64,000 nucleotides of DNA from a virus (Duplodnaviria > Caudoviricetes): the IMG/VR virus record IMGVR_UViG_3300010371_000003, positions 946 through 64,945 of that record; one strand, written 5' to 3'. The translations under genes were made by a program, and so were the position numbers. Positions 7,748 to 18,375 of this stretch are shown here, piece after piece (the first letter of the stretch is position 1; every line of letters begins with the position of its first letter). The notes beneath the pieces are model-generated. The model was not told the origin of the DNA, ran no database searches, and worked only from the letters and a program-made list of their open reading frames with translations.

Positions 7748-9547
7748 TCAGTCCCCGATGGCCTGCGACAGCGGCGATCCCATGCGGTCGGGCGCGTTCT
7801 CGAAATGGCCATCCCGCATCGCGTCCAGTCCGCGAACTTCCAGCTGACGGACGCGCTCGCGCGTGATGTTCAGGATCGCGCCGGTTTCTTCGAGCGTGAT
7901 CCCGCCGCGATCGGCCACGTCCAGCGAGCAGGTCTCGGCCAGCTGGTCGACCTCGAGGTGCGGGAAGTTCAGCTTGAGCGCACCGCTCTCTGGGTTGACC
8001 TCCAGATACAGGTGGTGCGAGCACGAGACAAAAGGACACGGCCGCGGCATGTCGGCGCAGTCGCCGCGCGTGCGCGGTCGTTGGACGTCGGCGGGATAGT
8101 CCAGCTCGGCGCCCGCGACGCGCTCGGAGCGCGACAGGCGCGCGGCGCTGATGGTCTTCGAGCGGATGCGGCCGTCGATGACCGTCAGCTTCGCGCGTAC
8201 GCGCTCCACTGCGGGCGTGGCGGGCGTTTCGTCGGGCAGCTGCGGCTCCGGGGCCTCTGGCTGCCGCAAGATGGCCAGCAGCGGGTCCGGCGCGTTCCGG
8301 TAGGCCGGCGGCGGCTCCCGGTCCTGGTCCGTGATCGGATTGCCCTCGGCCGCCCGTTCCGCCTCCCACCGCAACAGGCGCTTGACCTTCTGGCGCGCGC
8401 CATTCACGCGCCCGCTGATGACGTTCGGCGTGACGTCCTCGGTCCAGGCCATCGTCTGAAAGCTGAGGCCCTCGAGCGCGACGCCCTCGTATGCACGACG
8501 GATTTCCGGCGCCAGCCAGCCCAGGACCCAGTCCGGCGGCCGCTGGTCGGCGCCAGGCGACTGCGGTGCGTCCGCGATCGCGAAGCATGCCTGGCAGGTC
8601 ACATCGGCCCGGCCGGTGACCAGCTGCAGCCCGGCCTGGAAGCGCAGCGTGCACGCCGGCGTGCCGCCGCTCTCTGGCGACCAGAGGTGCACCAACGCCG
8701 CGTCGGCTTCAGGCGGCGGCGGGACGTCGGTGAAATCCGCGTCCGGATCCGAACGGTCCCATCCCGTGGGGTCGTTCACCGGAACCTCGTCGCCATTCCG
8801 CGCCGGCGACGGCTCGATCACCGCCGTAGTGGGCCCGTCGTTCGCGGGCGCGACGTAGCCGACCCCATCCGCGCCGAGCAGCTCCCAGTCGACCCTGGGC
8901 CCCTTGACCTCCTTCGGCGGGCGGCGATTGAGCAGATCCCTCGCGATGCGAGGTGCCGCCGGGTGCAGGTCGGCGAATGCCGCGGCGACCGCCGCCGGCT
9001 CACCCTCGTCGTCGGACGCCGGCGTCTCGCCCGGCTTGCCCTTCGCGCGCGCCTCGCGCAGCGCGCTGCGCCCCCGCATGACGTCGTTCATGACGTCTTT
9101 GTTCGTGATCCCCAGCTTGTCGCCGATGACCTGCGGGGACATCCCGGAGGCGCGCATCTCTACGCTCTTTCGCTTTCGGCCGTCGATCGCGCCGATCCAC
9201 GGCAGCAGGGCCGTCAGCTCGGCGGCCACCGGGTCGCCACGACGCACGCCCTTCGACTCCGGCGGCTTCGCTTCCGCTGCAGCAGCAGGTCGACCGGCGA
9301 TCGCGCGCGCCCGCGGCGTCTCGGCTGTCGTGACCGGCTCGGTCGGCGCCAGGGCGGCCACCGCCAGCTCGCCCACCGACCCGAGTTCCGCCAGCGCCTG
9401 GTCGCACGCGGCGACTTCGGCGAGCGCGCGCTCACGCCGCGCCCGAAGCTCGGCCTTGATCGCCTCGGTGCGTTCGCGCATGGCCCGCAGCTCGGCGAAC
9501 ACGTCCAGGGCGCGAGAGGTTGTCGCGGTCGATCGTCCTCGTGGCAT
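7748..9547 (-). CDS. Multi-domain sigma-70 region 4-like protein with myxobacterial-type Cys/His module
   Basis: C-terminal RPRTRGDC...[16 protein letters not shown]...[33 protein letters not shown]; two further HTH-like segments; SD AAGGGAG before MPRGRST. Confidence 0.8.
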   Translation of the reverse strand: MPRGRSTATTSRALDVFAELRAMRERTEAIKAELRARRERALAEVAACDQALAELGSVGELAVAALAPTEPVTTAETPRARAIAGRPAAAAEAKPPESKGVRRGDPVAAELTALLPWIGAIDGRKRKSVEMRASGMSPQVIGDKLGITNKDVMNDVMRGRSALREARAKGKPGETPASDDEGEPAAVAAAFADLHPAAPRIARDLLNRRPPKEVKGPRVDWELLGADGVGYVAPANDGPTTAVIEPSPARNGDEVPVNDPTGWDRSDPDADFTDVPPPPEADAALVHLWSPESGGTPACTLRFQAGLQLVTGRADVTCQACFAIADAPQSPGADQRPPDWVLGWLAPEIRRAYEGVALEGLSFQTMAWTEDVTPNVISGRVNGARQKVKRLLRWEAERAAEGNPITDQDREPPPAYRNAPDPLLAILRQPEAPEPQLPDETPATPAVERVRAKLTVIDGRIRSKTISAARLSRSERVAGAELDYPADVQRPRTRGDCADMPRPCPFVSCSHHLYLEVNPESGALKLNFPHLEVDQLAETCSLDVADRGGITLEETGAILNITRERVRQLEVRGLDAMRDGHFENAPDRMGSPLSQAIGD

Positions 9548-9744
9548 CGTCGCTCCCTTCGTTCTCATCACGCTGTTGGGGGCAGATCTGTGTCGGAGGT
9601 CTTGGACGGCGCGCACGGCAGCACCTTGTGCGGCGGCGCCGGCGCTCGCCGCGCGGGTTTGCGCCGCGCTCGGACGGGTCCGCGTCGTTTCGCCATGACG
9701 ACGATGGTGCGGACCGCCGGAGCGACGCCCAAGTTTCGGGGGCC

Positions 9745-10275
9745 TCATCCACCGCCGCCGATCTCTTTCAGGGTCGCCTCGAACGCCCGCCAGGCCTTCC
9801 AGGCCTGCTCGACCTCGGCGGGCGTTCCCACCCAGCCCGCGCCACACGCGGCGCAGAACAGGGTCGCGTTTTCGGGTCCACTCCAGCGTCCGGGCTCGAC
9901 ACCGCAGTCCGCCACCGCGGGCGTGGCGATCGGCGTCTTGCATTCGGGGCAGGCCGGGCAGTCCAGCGGCGTGGGAACCTGAGCCGCCTTGCGCGGGATG
10001 CGGCGCCGGCCCCGCTCGTAGTCCATCAGCGGGTCGTGTACAAACCGGCCGTCGCCGTCCTTCAGACGCACCCAGTAGCGGCCATTCGACGGCCTCCAGT
10101 CCATCGTGTTGTCCAGCTCGATCAGGCACGCGACGAACCGCCGCTGCCACTCGGGCGGCATCGACTGCAGCACGCTGCGCGGGATAGTGAGGTACTGCGC
10201 ATAAGACAACTCGAACCAGCCGTGGATCGGCTCGGGGTCGAGGTTCTCGGGCTTGATGTCGCGATCCTTGCTCAT
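9745..10275 (-). CDS. Conserved phage hypothetical protein with C-terminal Zn-finger-like motif
   Basis: [31 protein letters not shown]; CPEC...CAAC. Confidence 0.75.
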   Translation of the reverse strand: MSKDRDIKPENLDPEPIHGWFELSYAQYLTIPRSVLQSMPPEWQRRFVACLIELDNTMDWRPSNGRYWVRLKDGDGRFVHDPLMDYERGRRRIPRKAAQVPTPLDCPACPECKTPIATPAVADCGVEPGRWSGPENATLFCAACGAGWVGTPAEVEQAWKAWRAFEATLKEIGGGG

Positions 10276-10484
10276 ACCGGCCTGACCTCCAGCAGCGGGC
10301 ACGCAGGGCCGCAAGGTCGCAGGTCGCCGGGGCTGAAGATGACGCCCCAGCCGTCGCACACGTCGCAGGTCTCGCTGTCCCAGTCGCATGCCGGGCACTC
10401 GCGCGTCGTCAAGCCGTGCGCCTCCTGGGCATGCGCCAGCCGGGCGAGCTGCTGGGTCTCGGTGCCGATGCCTTCGTCGCTCAT
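10272..10484 (-). CDS. Small Cys-rich hypothetical protein
   Basis: CPAC, CDVC, CGPAC; coupled. Confidence 0.6.
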   Translation of the reverse strand: MSDEGIGTETQQLARLAHAQEAHGLTTRECPACDWDSETCDVCDGWGVIFSPGDLRPCGPACPLLEVRPV

Positions 10485-10681
10485 CGAGGCGTCCCACCTT
10501 CCTTGGGTTTCTTCAGGTTCCTCAGCGCCAGAGCGGCGCCCAGCTCCGTTGCGACACGCTCGATGATCGGGTGGGCAAGCTCCGGCTTGTCGACCTCGAG
10601 CAGCCTGGCAGCCAGGCGCAGCTTGTCGGGCGCCGGCAGCGCGTCGATCTTCGCCTTGAGGGCGAGCAGCTCTGCGTTCAC
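10481..10681 (-). CDS. Small hypothetical protein
   Basis: VNAELLALKAK...; coupled. Confidence 0.6.
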   Translation of the reverse strand: MNAELLALKAKIDALPAPDKLRLAARLLEVDKPELAHPIIERVATELGAALALRNLKKPKEGGTPR

Positions 10682-10914
10682 GGTCGCCACTCGGGTTGGG
10701 GAACCAGCCTCTCGCCCGTATTCACGTCGATCGCGACCATGGGCGAGCCGCACGAGCGGCACTCGATTTCCTGTTCGACCACCGCGCCGACGAGCGGGCC
10801 GTCGCAGACTCGTTCACCGATGCAGCAGCATTCGTCACCGCTCGTCGAGCACGCGCACGTATAGTTGCCCTCGGTGTCGCAGATCCAATTCGCCACTGCG
10901 GCGGCGCTCATCAT
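10678..10914 (-). CDS. Small Cys-rich hypothetical protein
   Basis: Coupled at both ends. Confidence 0.55.
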   Translation of the reverse strand: MMSAAAVANWICDTEGNYTCACSTSGDECCCIGERVCDGPLVGAVVEQEIECRSCGSPMVAIDVNTGERLVPQPEWRP

Positions 10915-11258
10915 GTTGACCTCGGCGGTTCAGCGCTGGCCCCCGTGAACGGCTTCCCGTCGAAGTCGAAGACGGGCGTCTTGCTGCCGCTGTCGCGCTG
11001 AACAAACACCGGCCCCGCGAATAGCCCGTACGCCGCCCAGTCGCACCCGACGCCTCGGATGTGCCGGCCGATGCATTCGGATTCCACGGAGTACTTGCCC
11101 GCCCGGAGCTGCTCGAGCGACTCGGCGTGCTCGGTCCGGGCCTTCTCCATCGACTCGACGTTGCCGCAGCGCGGGCACACGAACCGCCAGTTGGTTTGCT
11201 CGCGCGCGAACAGCTCGGCGCCCTTGGCCCACCAGTCCGCCTCGGAGATCGCCGCCAT
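10911..11258 (-). CDS. VVA0879-like phage protein
   Basis: WRFVCPRCG...CIGR...GCDWAAYGLF. Confidence 0.75.
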   Translation of the reverse strand: MAAISEADWWAKGAELFAREQTNWRFVCPRCGNVESMEKARTEHAESLEQLRAGKYSVESECIGRHIRGVGCDWAAYGLFAGPVFVQRDSGSKTPVFDFDGKPFTGASAEPPRST

Positions 11259-12922
11259 TACGCCACCAGCCTCAAGCTCTCGACCGCCCGGAACCCGCCG
11301 GTCGTCTTCTCGATCAGCCCGCAGCCGGACAGCTGACCCCAGTAGGTGCGCGCGGTCCCGCCGGCGGGGTCGAGCCCGATCTGCTTCAGCGCGTCCGCCT
11401 TCGGGATCGGTCGCGACCCGTTCGCGGCGAGGAACTCCAGCAGGTCCTTCGCCTTGCCCTGGAAGCGATCGCGCCAGACGGCCAGCAGCTCGGCCGGCGA
11501 CTTGGGCCGCTCGACCGGCCCGGCCGCGCGCAGCCCCTCGGCCGTGATGCGCAGGAAGTCGCCGTCCTTGACCACCAGGCCGGCGCCGGTCAGCTTGCCC
11601 CGGTAGGTGCGATAGGTGCCCCCCTTCCGGGACATGCCGGCCAGCACCGCGACCTGCTGCTCGGTCAGCGGCGTTGGGTGGCGGGCGGCCAGGGCGCGCA
11701 GCATGCGCATGGCGCCGTCGCCCGTGTCGTTGGCGGCGGGCTGGTGGTGCACGCCGTTGGTCGGCTGCGCGACCGGGTGCGCGGGCCAGCGGCCGGCCTG
11801 GGCCGCCTCGACGAGCTGGCCGTGGTGGCCGTCCGACATCAGGACGCCCATCTGCACCAGGTCGCGCAGGTGCGCGGTCAGGTCGCCGGCCTCCTTTTCG
11901 ACGACGCGCAGCTTTTCGACCACCTCGCGGGGGAAGACCTGGACCCGCTCGGGCGGGCGCGCCCGGAGCTCGGCCAGCTCCCGCTCGAGCGCGGCGTGCT
12001 TGGCGTCAGGCTTGCCGGCGTGGCGCGCCGCCTTGCCGGCCTCGTCCTCGGCTTCCACCACCTCGGCCATCGCGGCGCGGATCGCCGCCAGGTCGATCTT
12101 CGGGAGCGTGGCGGCCGCCGTCGGGTCGCCCGCCTCGGGGGTCTTGCTGCTGTCGAAGGTCCGCTTGGGGTTGGCCCGGATCCTGACGGCGCCGTGGTCG
12201 CCCCATGCCAGCATAGTGCCCCGCGGCAGGGTCGGCAGCTCCGCCAGAACGCGGTCGTCGGCGTCCTGGTCGCGCGCCCAGCCCTCGATCGCCTTCCGGT
12301 CCTGCGGGCCTTTGAGCTTGCCCGCGAACATGTACGTGCTCAGGTTGAGCGCGGATTTGCTCATCTCGGCGATCCGCTGCGAGATCAGCATCCCCCCGAT
12401 GCCGAAGTTCCGGCCGATCTTCCAGAGCCGCTTGACGACGCCGACCATCTCGGCGGCGCCGGCGTCCACCTGCTGGGGCAGGAACTCGTGAGCCTCTTCG
12501 AGGACGAGGTGAATCGGCGAACGGTTGCGCTTCTTCGCCTCGAAAAGCTCGCGCGCGAACGCCACGACGAACCGGCGCTGCTGGCTCATCGTGAACTCGG
12601 AGATGTCGAGCACGGCCGACATGCGCCGCTCCGCCGCCAGCCGGGCGACGAGCTCGCCCGCCCCCGGCTCCAGCGGGATGTCCCCGTGGATGCCGCCGAA
12701 GACCGGGATGTCGAGCCCCTTGCCCTTGCCGTCCGCCGCGAGCCGTAGCCCCCACCAGGTCGACACGGGGTCGATGACGACGACCTGGGCGCCGCCGTCG
12801 ACGAACGTCTCGACGATCTTGCCGGCCAGGTAGGTCTTGCCGCTGCCCCGCGTCCCGACCGCGGCGATGGTGTCGGCGACGGCGCCGGCGGGTAGCGTGA
12901 AGTTGTCGGCGATCTTGAACAT
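11258..12922 (-). CDS. HerA/DUF87-like P-loop ATPase with C-terminal winged-helix-like region
   Basis: GTRGSGKT, VVIDP, LVLEEAHEF, GRNFGIG...ISQR. Confidence 0.85.
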   Translation of the reverse strand: MFKIADNFTLPAGAVADTIAAVGTRGSGKTYLAGKIVETFVDGGAQVVVIDPVSTWWGLRLAADGKGKGLDIPVFGGIHGDIPLEPGAGELVARLAAERRMSAVLDISEFTMSQQRRFVVAFARELFEAKKRNRSPIHLVLEEAHEFLPQQVDAGAAEMVGVVKRLWKIGRNFGIGGMLISQRIAEMSKSALNLSTYMFAGKLKGPQDRKAIEGWARDQDADDRVLAELPTLPRGTMLAWGDHGAVRIRANPKRTFDSSKTPEAGDPTAAATLPKIDLAAIRAAMAEVVEAEDEAGKAARHAGKPDAKHAALERELAELRARPPERVQVFPREVVEKLRVVEKEAGDLTAHLRDLVQMGVLMSDGHHGQLVEAAQAGRWPAHPVAQPTNGVHHQPAANDTGDGAMRMLRALAARHPTPLTEQQVAVLAGMSRKGGTYRTYRGKLTGAGLVVKDGDFLRITAEGLRAAGPVERPKSPAELLAVWRDRFQGKAKDLLEFLAANGSRPIPKADALKQIGLDPAGGTARTYWGQLSGCGLIEKTTGGFRAVESLRLVA

Positions 12923-14454
12923 CAGGCCGCCGCCTTCCCGGCCGGCGCCAGCGCCTCGACCACCAGCTCGCCGCGCGACACCCGGGTGCCGATCAGCTGG
13001 AACCCGTCCGCCGTGGCGACCTCGACGAACTGCTCGAGCGCGTCAGCGTCGAGCCGTTCGAGACCGTCAACGATCAGGATGCCCGCCCCGGCGTTCAGCC
13101 TCTTGCAGAGGTCGACGCTGAACCGCATCTGCTCGGCCCCCGACAACGAGTCGAGCGAGACGCCGTCGAGCGTGATGATGTCGCCCGTGACGGCGAGCCC
13201 CGGGATCAGCGCCGACCGCTTGGCGAGATCCTGGGGCGCCTCGGTGGCGAGCCGGCGCACGATCGCGTCGATCTCGGCGGCGTCCGCCTCGCGCTTGGTG
13301 GCCACGGATTCGAGGCGCGCGTGCTCGGCGGCGGCTTCCGTAGCGGCCTGGGCGGCCTTGGCGTCCTCCAGGGCGGCGACACTGGCGTCCAGCGCCTGGT
13401 GAGCGGCGGCGAACTCCTCAGGCGGGACGCCCATCGCGTCGACGTCGGCGAGGCTGGCGCGCAACTCGGCGGCGCGGGCGTCCTCCTGCTCGGCGCACTG
13501 GCGCGCGTGCTCGGCAGACGCCTTGCCGGCTTCCAGGGTAGTCAGCGTCGCCTGCGCCTTGCTCTCCACCGCGCGGGCGCCCGCGAGGGCGATCTCAAGA
13601 CGCCGGACCTCTTCGGTGGCGTCCTGGTAGACCCCTCGGGCGACCGCCAGCGCATCGTCGGACGGCCCATATCCAGCCTGCCGATGGAGGGCCTTCGCGC
13701 GCTGCTCGACCTGCTCGATCAGGGCCCGCGTCCGCTCGGCCCCCTTCTTCGCCTCGGCCGCGGCCATCTCCCGCGCCCTGAGTTCCATCAGGCGCCGGCC
13801 GGCCTCGGTGTTGGCCTTGGCCGCGTCCTCGATGCTGGGCGCGCCCTCGGGCCCGGGCGGGTAGTTCCCGGCCGCGTTGGCCTCGGCGCGCGCGTCCTTC
13901 GCCGCCTTGTTGACGTCCTTCCGCACGTCGTAGAACAGCTGGTGCAGCCGCTCCAGCACCTCCAAGCCGTGCCCCTCCAGGGACACGCGTTGCAGCAGCT
14001 TCGTCGCTCCCGGGCACCAGCGGGCGACGTCCTCGGCGGTCACCACCACCGGCAGCGCCTCCAGCACCATCCGGCGCCGCTCCTTGGGGTCGGCCAGGAA
14101 GAACGACAGGGCGTCGAGCGCGGCCGTCCCGAACAGCTCGTTCAGGCGGGTCTGCGGCTTCGACCAGTTGTCGCCCTCCTGGTTCTTGACCGTCAGGCTG
14201 CCCCCCTTGGCGGTGATCGAGCGGCGCACCTTGATCGCGTCGAGGTCGACCAGGATCTCGGCCTGGTCGGCGCCCAGCCGGATCGCGTCGGGCCCGATGC
14301 CCTGGCCCGCCAGCGCGGCCGAGATGGCCTTGAGGACGGACGACTTGCCCCGCGCGTTGCCGCCGCTGATGACGGCCCCCTCACGCGGCACGTCGATCGC
14401 CAGCTCCCGGATACCCCGGAACGACTTGATTTCGAGTCTCGTGATCTTCGGCAT
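12922..14454 (-). CDS. SMC/SbcC-like coiled-coil ABC ATPase
   Basis: GGNARGKSS Walker A, long coiled coil, LSGAEQ signature, ILIVDGLE Walker B. Confidence 0.9.
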   Translation of the reverse strand: MPKITRLEIKSFRGIRELAIDVPREGAVISGGNARGKSSVLKAISAALAGQGIGPDAIRLGADQAEILVDLDAIKVRRSITAKGGSLTVKNQEGDNWSKPQTRLNELFGTAALDALSFFLADPKERRRMVLEALPVVVTAEDVARWCPGATKLLQRVSLEGHGLEVLERLHQLFYDVRKDVNKAAKDARAEANAAGNYPPGPEGAPSIEDAAKANTEAGRRLMELRAREMAAAEAKKGAERTRALIEQVEQRAKALHRQAGYGPSDDALAVARGVYQDATEEVRRLEIALAGARAVESKAQATLTTLEAGKASAEHARQCAEQEDARAAELRASLADVDAMGVPPEEFAAAHQALDASVAALEDAKAAQAATEAAAEHARLESVATKREADAAEIDAIVRRLATEAPQDLAKRSALIPGLAVTGDIITLDGVSLDSLSGAEQMRFSVDLCKRLNAGAGILIVDGLERLDADALEQFVEVATADGFQLIGTRVSRGELVVEALAPAGKAAA

Positions 14455-14457
14455 CGG

Positions 14458-15627
14458 TCAGCCCTCCCCGCGCGGCGCGGCCGCGCTCCCGTTGGTCTTG
14501 GCTTTGGCGGCCTCGGCCGCCGCGATCTCCTCCGGCGTCGGCTCGTCGCCGCGGTCGTCGGCCGGCGGCTCGTCGTCGTCGGTGGGCGGCGTGCTCACGG
14601 CAAACGCGGCAGCGACCGAAAGCTCCTTTGCCTTCACGCGATTCACTAGCTGCGAAAGCGTCTCGTGGTCGCGCGTGTCGATGTGGTCGACGCTGGCCTT
14701 GCCGAGCTTCGCCAGAACCTGCTCGACCGGCACGCCGCGCTTCGTCGTCCAGTCCAGCCAGGCCTTCGTGATCTGCGCGATCTTCTCGTTGACGGCGATA
14801 GTCGGTGCGTCGCCGCCGACCGCCCACCGGGCCATCTTCTCGCCCATCTCCTCGTCGAGCTGCGCTCGGGCGCCGAACATGTCCTTGAACTGGCGCGGCA
14901 GCTTGATCACGTCCATTTCACCCCGAAGGTTCGAGGTCCATGTCGGAACGCCCTCCGCCCCGTTGTAGAGCAGGATGTTCGTCGTCATCTCGAACCGCAG
15001 TTCGGGGTCGGCGATCGGCTGCAAGCCGAGCTTTTCCGCCTCCTTTGCGCCGCGCTCGATCTTCAGCTTGTCCTTCGCGCGGAAGCACACGATCAGGTTC
15101 AGGGCGAGGTCAGGCCGGCCGAGGCCCGTGGTCACCGCGTTGATAAACTGTCGCAGTTGCGCCTTCGGCTTCGCCCACGCGGCGAAGTTGTTCTTGAGGT
15201 CGCCACCCATCCGCTGCAGCTCTGCCTCGTGCATCTCCAAGATGCCGCCGGGGCCGTCGTGCATGTGGCTGCCGCTGTCGAGCACGATCGTCCGCGCGCC
15301 CTTGGCCACCACGTGCTCGAGCACGTCGAGATAGTCGAGCGGCGAGAACGGCGGCCCGAACGGGATATGACGGAAGTCGAACGTCCCGCGCGCTGGGTCC
15401 GCCTTCTGGCCCGGATTCGGCGCGTAGTGCTTCATCCGGTTCGCTTCGGTGTCGACCCCCGCGATGTCGCCTCCGACGACGCGCTGGATGCCGGTCGCGA
15501 GCCGGAGCGCCGAGTAGGTCTTGCCGCCACCGGACGGGCTGTTGATGCCGATGAGCAGCGGCACGGCGGTTCGCGTCGCCGGGTTATAGTCGAACTTGCG
15601 CGGCTGCCTAGAAGGGGTGCTTCCCAT
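14458..15627 (-). CDS. Sak4-like (AAA_24) recombination ATPase
   Basis: SPSGGGKTYSALRLA, VDTE, IVLDSGSH. Confidence 0.85.
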   Translation of the reverse strand: MGSTPSRQPRKFDYNPATRTAVPLLIGINSPSGGGKTYSALRLATGIQRVVGGDIAGVDTEANRMKHYAPNPGQKADPARGTFDFRHIPFGPPFSPLDYLDVLEHVVAKGARTIVLDSGSHMHDGPGGILEMHEAELQRMGGDLKNNFAAWAKPKAQLRQFINAVTTGLGRPDLALNLIVCFRAKDKLKIERGAKEAEKLGLQPIADPELRFEMTTNILLYNGAEGVPTWTSNLRGEMDVIKLPRQFKDMFGARAQLDEEMGEKMARWAVGGDAPTIAVNEKIAQITKAWLDWTTKRGVPVEQVLAKLGKASVDHIDTRDHETLSQLVNRVKAKELSVAAAFAVSTPPTDDDEPPADDRGDEPTPEEIAAAEAAKAKTNGSAAAPRGEG

Positions 15628-16708
15628 TGTCGTTCTCCATTCGGTTGGCTTCTGTTTCGCTGTCTTTGGTCACGGCCCACGCGGGTGCGCCCACGCGCAG
15701 CACGCCCGCCGAGTAGTCGGGCCAGTGGTTCGTTTCCGTTGAGCGGCGCCAGATCTCCTTGGCCCGCTTCCACTTCTTCCGGCCGAGCTCGCGCAGGGTG
15801 CCGTCGGGCTCGATGACGGTCACCGCGTGCGGCGGGTCGGCTTCGACGAACACGAACTGCATCCGCGCGCGGCCCGCGGCGTCCGAGATGAGCGTCTCGA
15901 ACCCCTCGACGTACGCGGCGCCCTGGATGTCGTACCCGAAGGCGATCATCTTGCGCGTGATCTCCTCGGGCGACGCCGTCGCGCAGAATTTCAGGTCTTG
16001 GATCAGGAAGTCGGTCGCCAGCAGCTTGTCGAACCGCCCCCTGCAGAGCACGCCGTCGCGCTCCCAGATCGCCGTGACCTCGCTCTCGCCGGCGAGCGTG
16101 ACGCCTTTGTCCGCCAGGCGCCGGCGCAGCAGCTCGCCGAGATCGAGCAGCTCCTCGTATTCGCCGGCCAGAATCGGCACCTTGCCCGCCGCGATCGCCG
16201 CGTCCCTCGCTTGCTGGGCGGCCTTGGTCCGGAAGTTCTCCGCCTCGATCGGCTCGATCTCCTGGCCGGTGCCCAGCAGCAGCGCGTGCAGGATCGAGCC
16301 GCGCTCCTTGGCGGCCGACTCGTCATCCGACCTGCCGCCGCCCAGGCGCGGGTGCAGGTAGTGCGCGTGCAGGGGGGACCGCTCCGTGATGATCTGCGCG
16401 ATCGACGAGCTGAGGGACGGCCGCTCGGCGGGATCGCGGACGTAGTCCTCATGCGAAACGTCGAGGTGCAGCCCGACCGGCAGCCGCAGCTCCTGGCGCG
16501 CGGGCGGCGGCGGCACCGGCTCCGGAGCGAGCGCCTCTGCCAGCTTCGCGGACAGCTCCAGCGCCTCGGGACGCTTCGCGAGCGGGACCAGCGCAGTGGG
16601 CGCCACGGGCTGCGCCGGCTGCACCGGAACGGCGCGCGCGGGCCGGCGCGGCGCCTTGGCCGGTTTCTCGGGCGGGAAGAACTCATCTAGAACGTCGTCG
16701 AGTGCCAT
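15608..16708 (-). CDS. PD-(D/E)XK RecE/ExoVIII-like exonuclease (DUF3799-like)
   Basis: LSSS...GSILHALLL...CRGRFD...DLK...GYDIQGAAY...FVFVE. Confidence 0.88.
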   Translation of the reverse strand: MALDDVLDEFFPPEKPAKAPRRPARAVPVQPAQPVAPTALVPLAKRPEALELSAKLAEALAPEPVPPPPARQELRLPVGLHLDVSHEDYVRDPAERPSLSSSIAQIITERSPLHAHYLHPRLGGGRSDDESAAKERGSILHALLLGTGQEIEPIEAENFRTKAAQQARDAAIAAGKVPILAGEYEELLDLGELLRRRLADKGVTLAGESEVTAIWERDGVLCRGRFDKLLATDFLIQDLKFCATASPEEITRKMIAFGYDIQGAAYVEGFETLISDAAGRARMQFVFVEADPPHAVTVIEPDGTLRELGRKKWKRAKEIWRRSTETNHWPDYSAGVLRVGAPAWAVTKDSETEANRMENDNGKHPF

Positions 16709-16856
16709 TGGTCGTGTCCGTCCTCGTTGCGCAATGAAGGCAGCCACGTCTGCGGCTGCCAACGTCGGCGTTATTCGCGCGGCATTCCGCGCACTTCTGC
16801 CTGGTAGTAATCTGTGAGTAGTGCCCGCAACGATCCGCGGGCGATGTCGCCGCCCG

Positions 16857-17126
16857 CTACGGCGAAGCGACGTCGAGCGTCGAGGCGAGGTGCTCCGCGA
16901 TGCGCGCCGCGGGGATGCCGATCTGGCGCGAGAGGTGGTCGGACGCCGCTTCGATCGCCGCCTCGATCGAGGGCTTGAGTGCGAACGACCAGCCCGGGCG
17001 GTCGCGGCGTTCGTGCGGGCGGGCCAGCGCGACGTCGAACGCGGGCGGGTGAACGTCATCGCGCCGCCAGAGCGCGAACCACCACCCACCATGGACCTCG
17101 ACGCCGACGACCAGGACGCGGTTCAT
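16857..17126 (-). CDS. Hypothetical protein
   Basis: Operon coupling. Confidence 0.55.
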   Translation of the reverse strand: MNRVLVVGVEVHGGWWFALWRRDDVHPPAFDVALARPHERRDRPGWSFALKPSIEAAIEAASDHLSRQIGIPAARIAEHLASTLDVASP

Positions 17127-17341
17127 GACGTCGGCCCGTCTTCGATCGCCGCTACGCCCAAGCGCCGTTCCTGCGAGACACCGGGGTCGTGTCGCGCCAC
17201 CTCGATCCAGCCCGCGCGGACGCGCAGCTCGGCGGCCAGCTGGCGCTCCGCCAGCGTCGGCCCGAGGTGCGAGGCCGCAAGGCGAATCAGCTCAGACGTC
17301 CGCATGTCGGCGTACGACGGACGCTTCGGGTGCGCGGCCAT
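17123..17341 (-). CDS. Hypothetical protein
   Basis: Operon coupling. Confidence 0.55.
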   Translation of the reverse strand: MAAHPKRPSYADMRTSELIRLAASHLGPTLAERQLAAELRVRAGWIEVARHDPGVSQERRLGVAAIEDGPTS

Positions 17342-17757
17342 CAGTGCACCGTCCGCGGCTGCCGGGTGAAGTCGCGCCGATAGAGCTCGCCAGCCTCACG
17401 CCCGGCGGCGTAGAGGGCGCGGTGGATCGACTCGCCCCAGCTCTCGGACGCGTGCTCGTCGTCGAGCGCCTCCTGCAGGCCATGGATCCACGCGGCCGGC
17501 GCCGACAGCGCCTCGGCCGCGGCGGCGTAGCGCTCGGTGGCCATCGGCTGCCGTTCGAGGATCGCGGCGCCGATCGGGTCGACCGCCCGGGCCGCCGGCT
17601 CCATCTCCCAGCGGGAGCCGTCGTGGCTGGACACGCAGTGGACGCCCCACGCGACCCCGAGGCGGACGGGGACCTGGCGGGCGCGCGCCCATTCGACGGC
17701 GGCGCGCAGGACGAGGATCGGGTGTGGCTTGGACGGACGGATCGCGGGCGTGGGCAT
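17341..17757 (-). CDS. Hypothetical protein
   Basis: SD GGAGGAG before MPTPAIRP. Confidence 0.65.
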   Translation of the reverse strand: MPTPAIRPSKPHPILVLRAAVEWARARQVPVRLGVAWGVHCVSSHDGSRWEMEPAARAVDPIGAAILERQPMATERYAAAAEALSAPAAWIHGLQEALDDEHASESWGESIHRALYAAGREAGELYRRDFTRQPRTVH

Positions 17758-17879
17758 GTGCTCCTCCAGTTGCGTTTGGAAGCGAGCCACCCCAAGATCC
17801 GAGGTCTTCGGGGCTCGGGCGGGGCGACTCGCTCGTGTTCCAGGCTCCGTCCCGGCGTTAGCGCGCCGGGCGGGGCCAC

Positions 17880-18125
17880 CTACTTCGTGCTCGGCGTCGC
17901 CTCCTCTGGCCACATCGCGCGAAACATCTCGGCGGCGATGCGCGGATTTACGGACGGCCGAGACTTGATCGTCCCGCACCTGGGGAAGTGCACGAAGGGG
18001 TGGTCGTTGCTCTGCGGGCAGCCGCAGATCCGGCAGCAGCGGTCCCCCGTGCGGACCTTCCACGCCGGGTCGCCGGGCCCGATCGCCTGCCGTGCCGTTC
18101 GATACGGAGCGGGCTTAGCTGCCAC
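17880..18125 (-). CDS. Hypothetical protein
   Basis: CRICGC..H pattern. Confidence 0.5.
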   Translation of the reverse strand: MAAKPAPYRTARQAIGPGDPAWKVRTGDRCCRICGCPQSNDHPFVHFPRCGTIKSRPSVNPRIAAEMFRAMWPEEATPSTK

Positions 18126-18375
18126 GAACGACCTCGGCCTCGGGCGCGCGGCCCTGCAGTAGAATCCGAACGATGACCTCCGAGCCGATCGGCGGCTCCG
18201 ACAGGCAGGGGGTGCAGACGCAGGGCAATCCCTTGACCCGGCCGTAGAGCTCCCAGGCGGCGTGCAGCGCGCAGACGCCGGCCTGGACCATGTACCGGGC
18301 GATCTCGGTCTGCTTGGCCTGGGGCGCGTACCAGAAGAGTTGGGCGACCATGGCGCGGGCGTCCGCGAGCGTCAC
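18115..18375 (-). CDS. Hypothetical protein
   Basis: Coupled GTG start. Confidence 0.55.
   Translation of the reverse strand: MTLADARAMVAQLFWYAPQAKQTEIARYMVQAGVCALHAAWELYGRVKGLPCVCTPCLSEPPIGSEVIVRILLQGRAPEAEVVRGS

Noticed and set aside
9548-10150. N-terminal extension of the 800-aa ORF
   Set aside because: Overlaps a better gene (9745-10275) and a good SD precedes 9547
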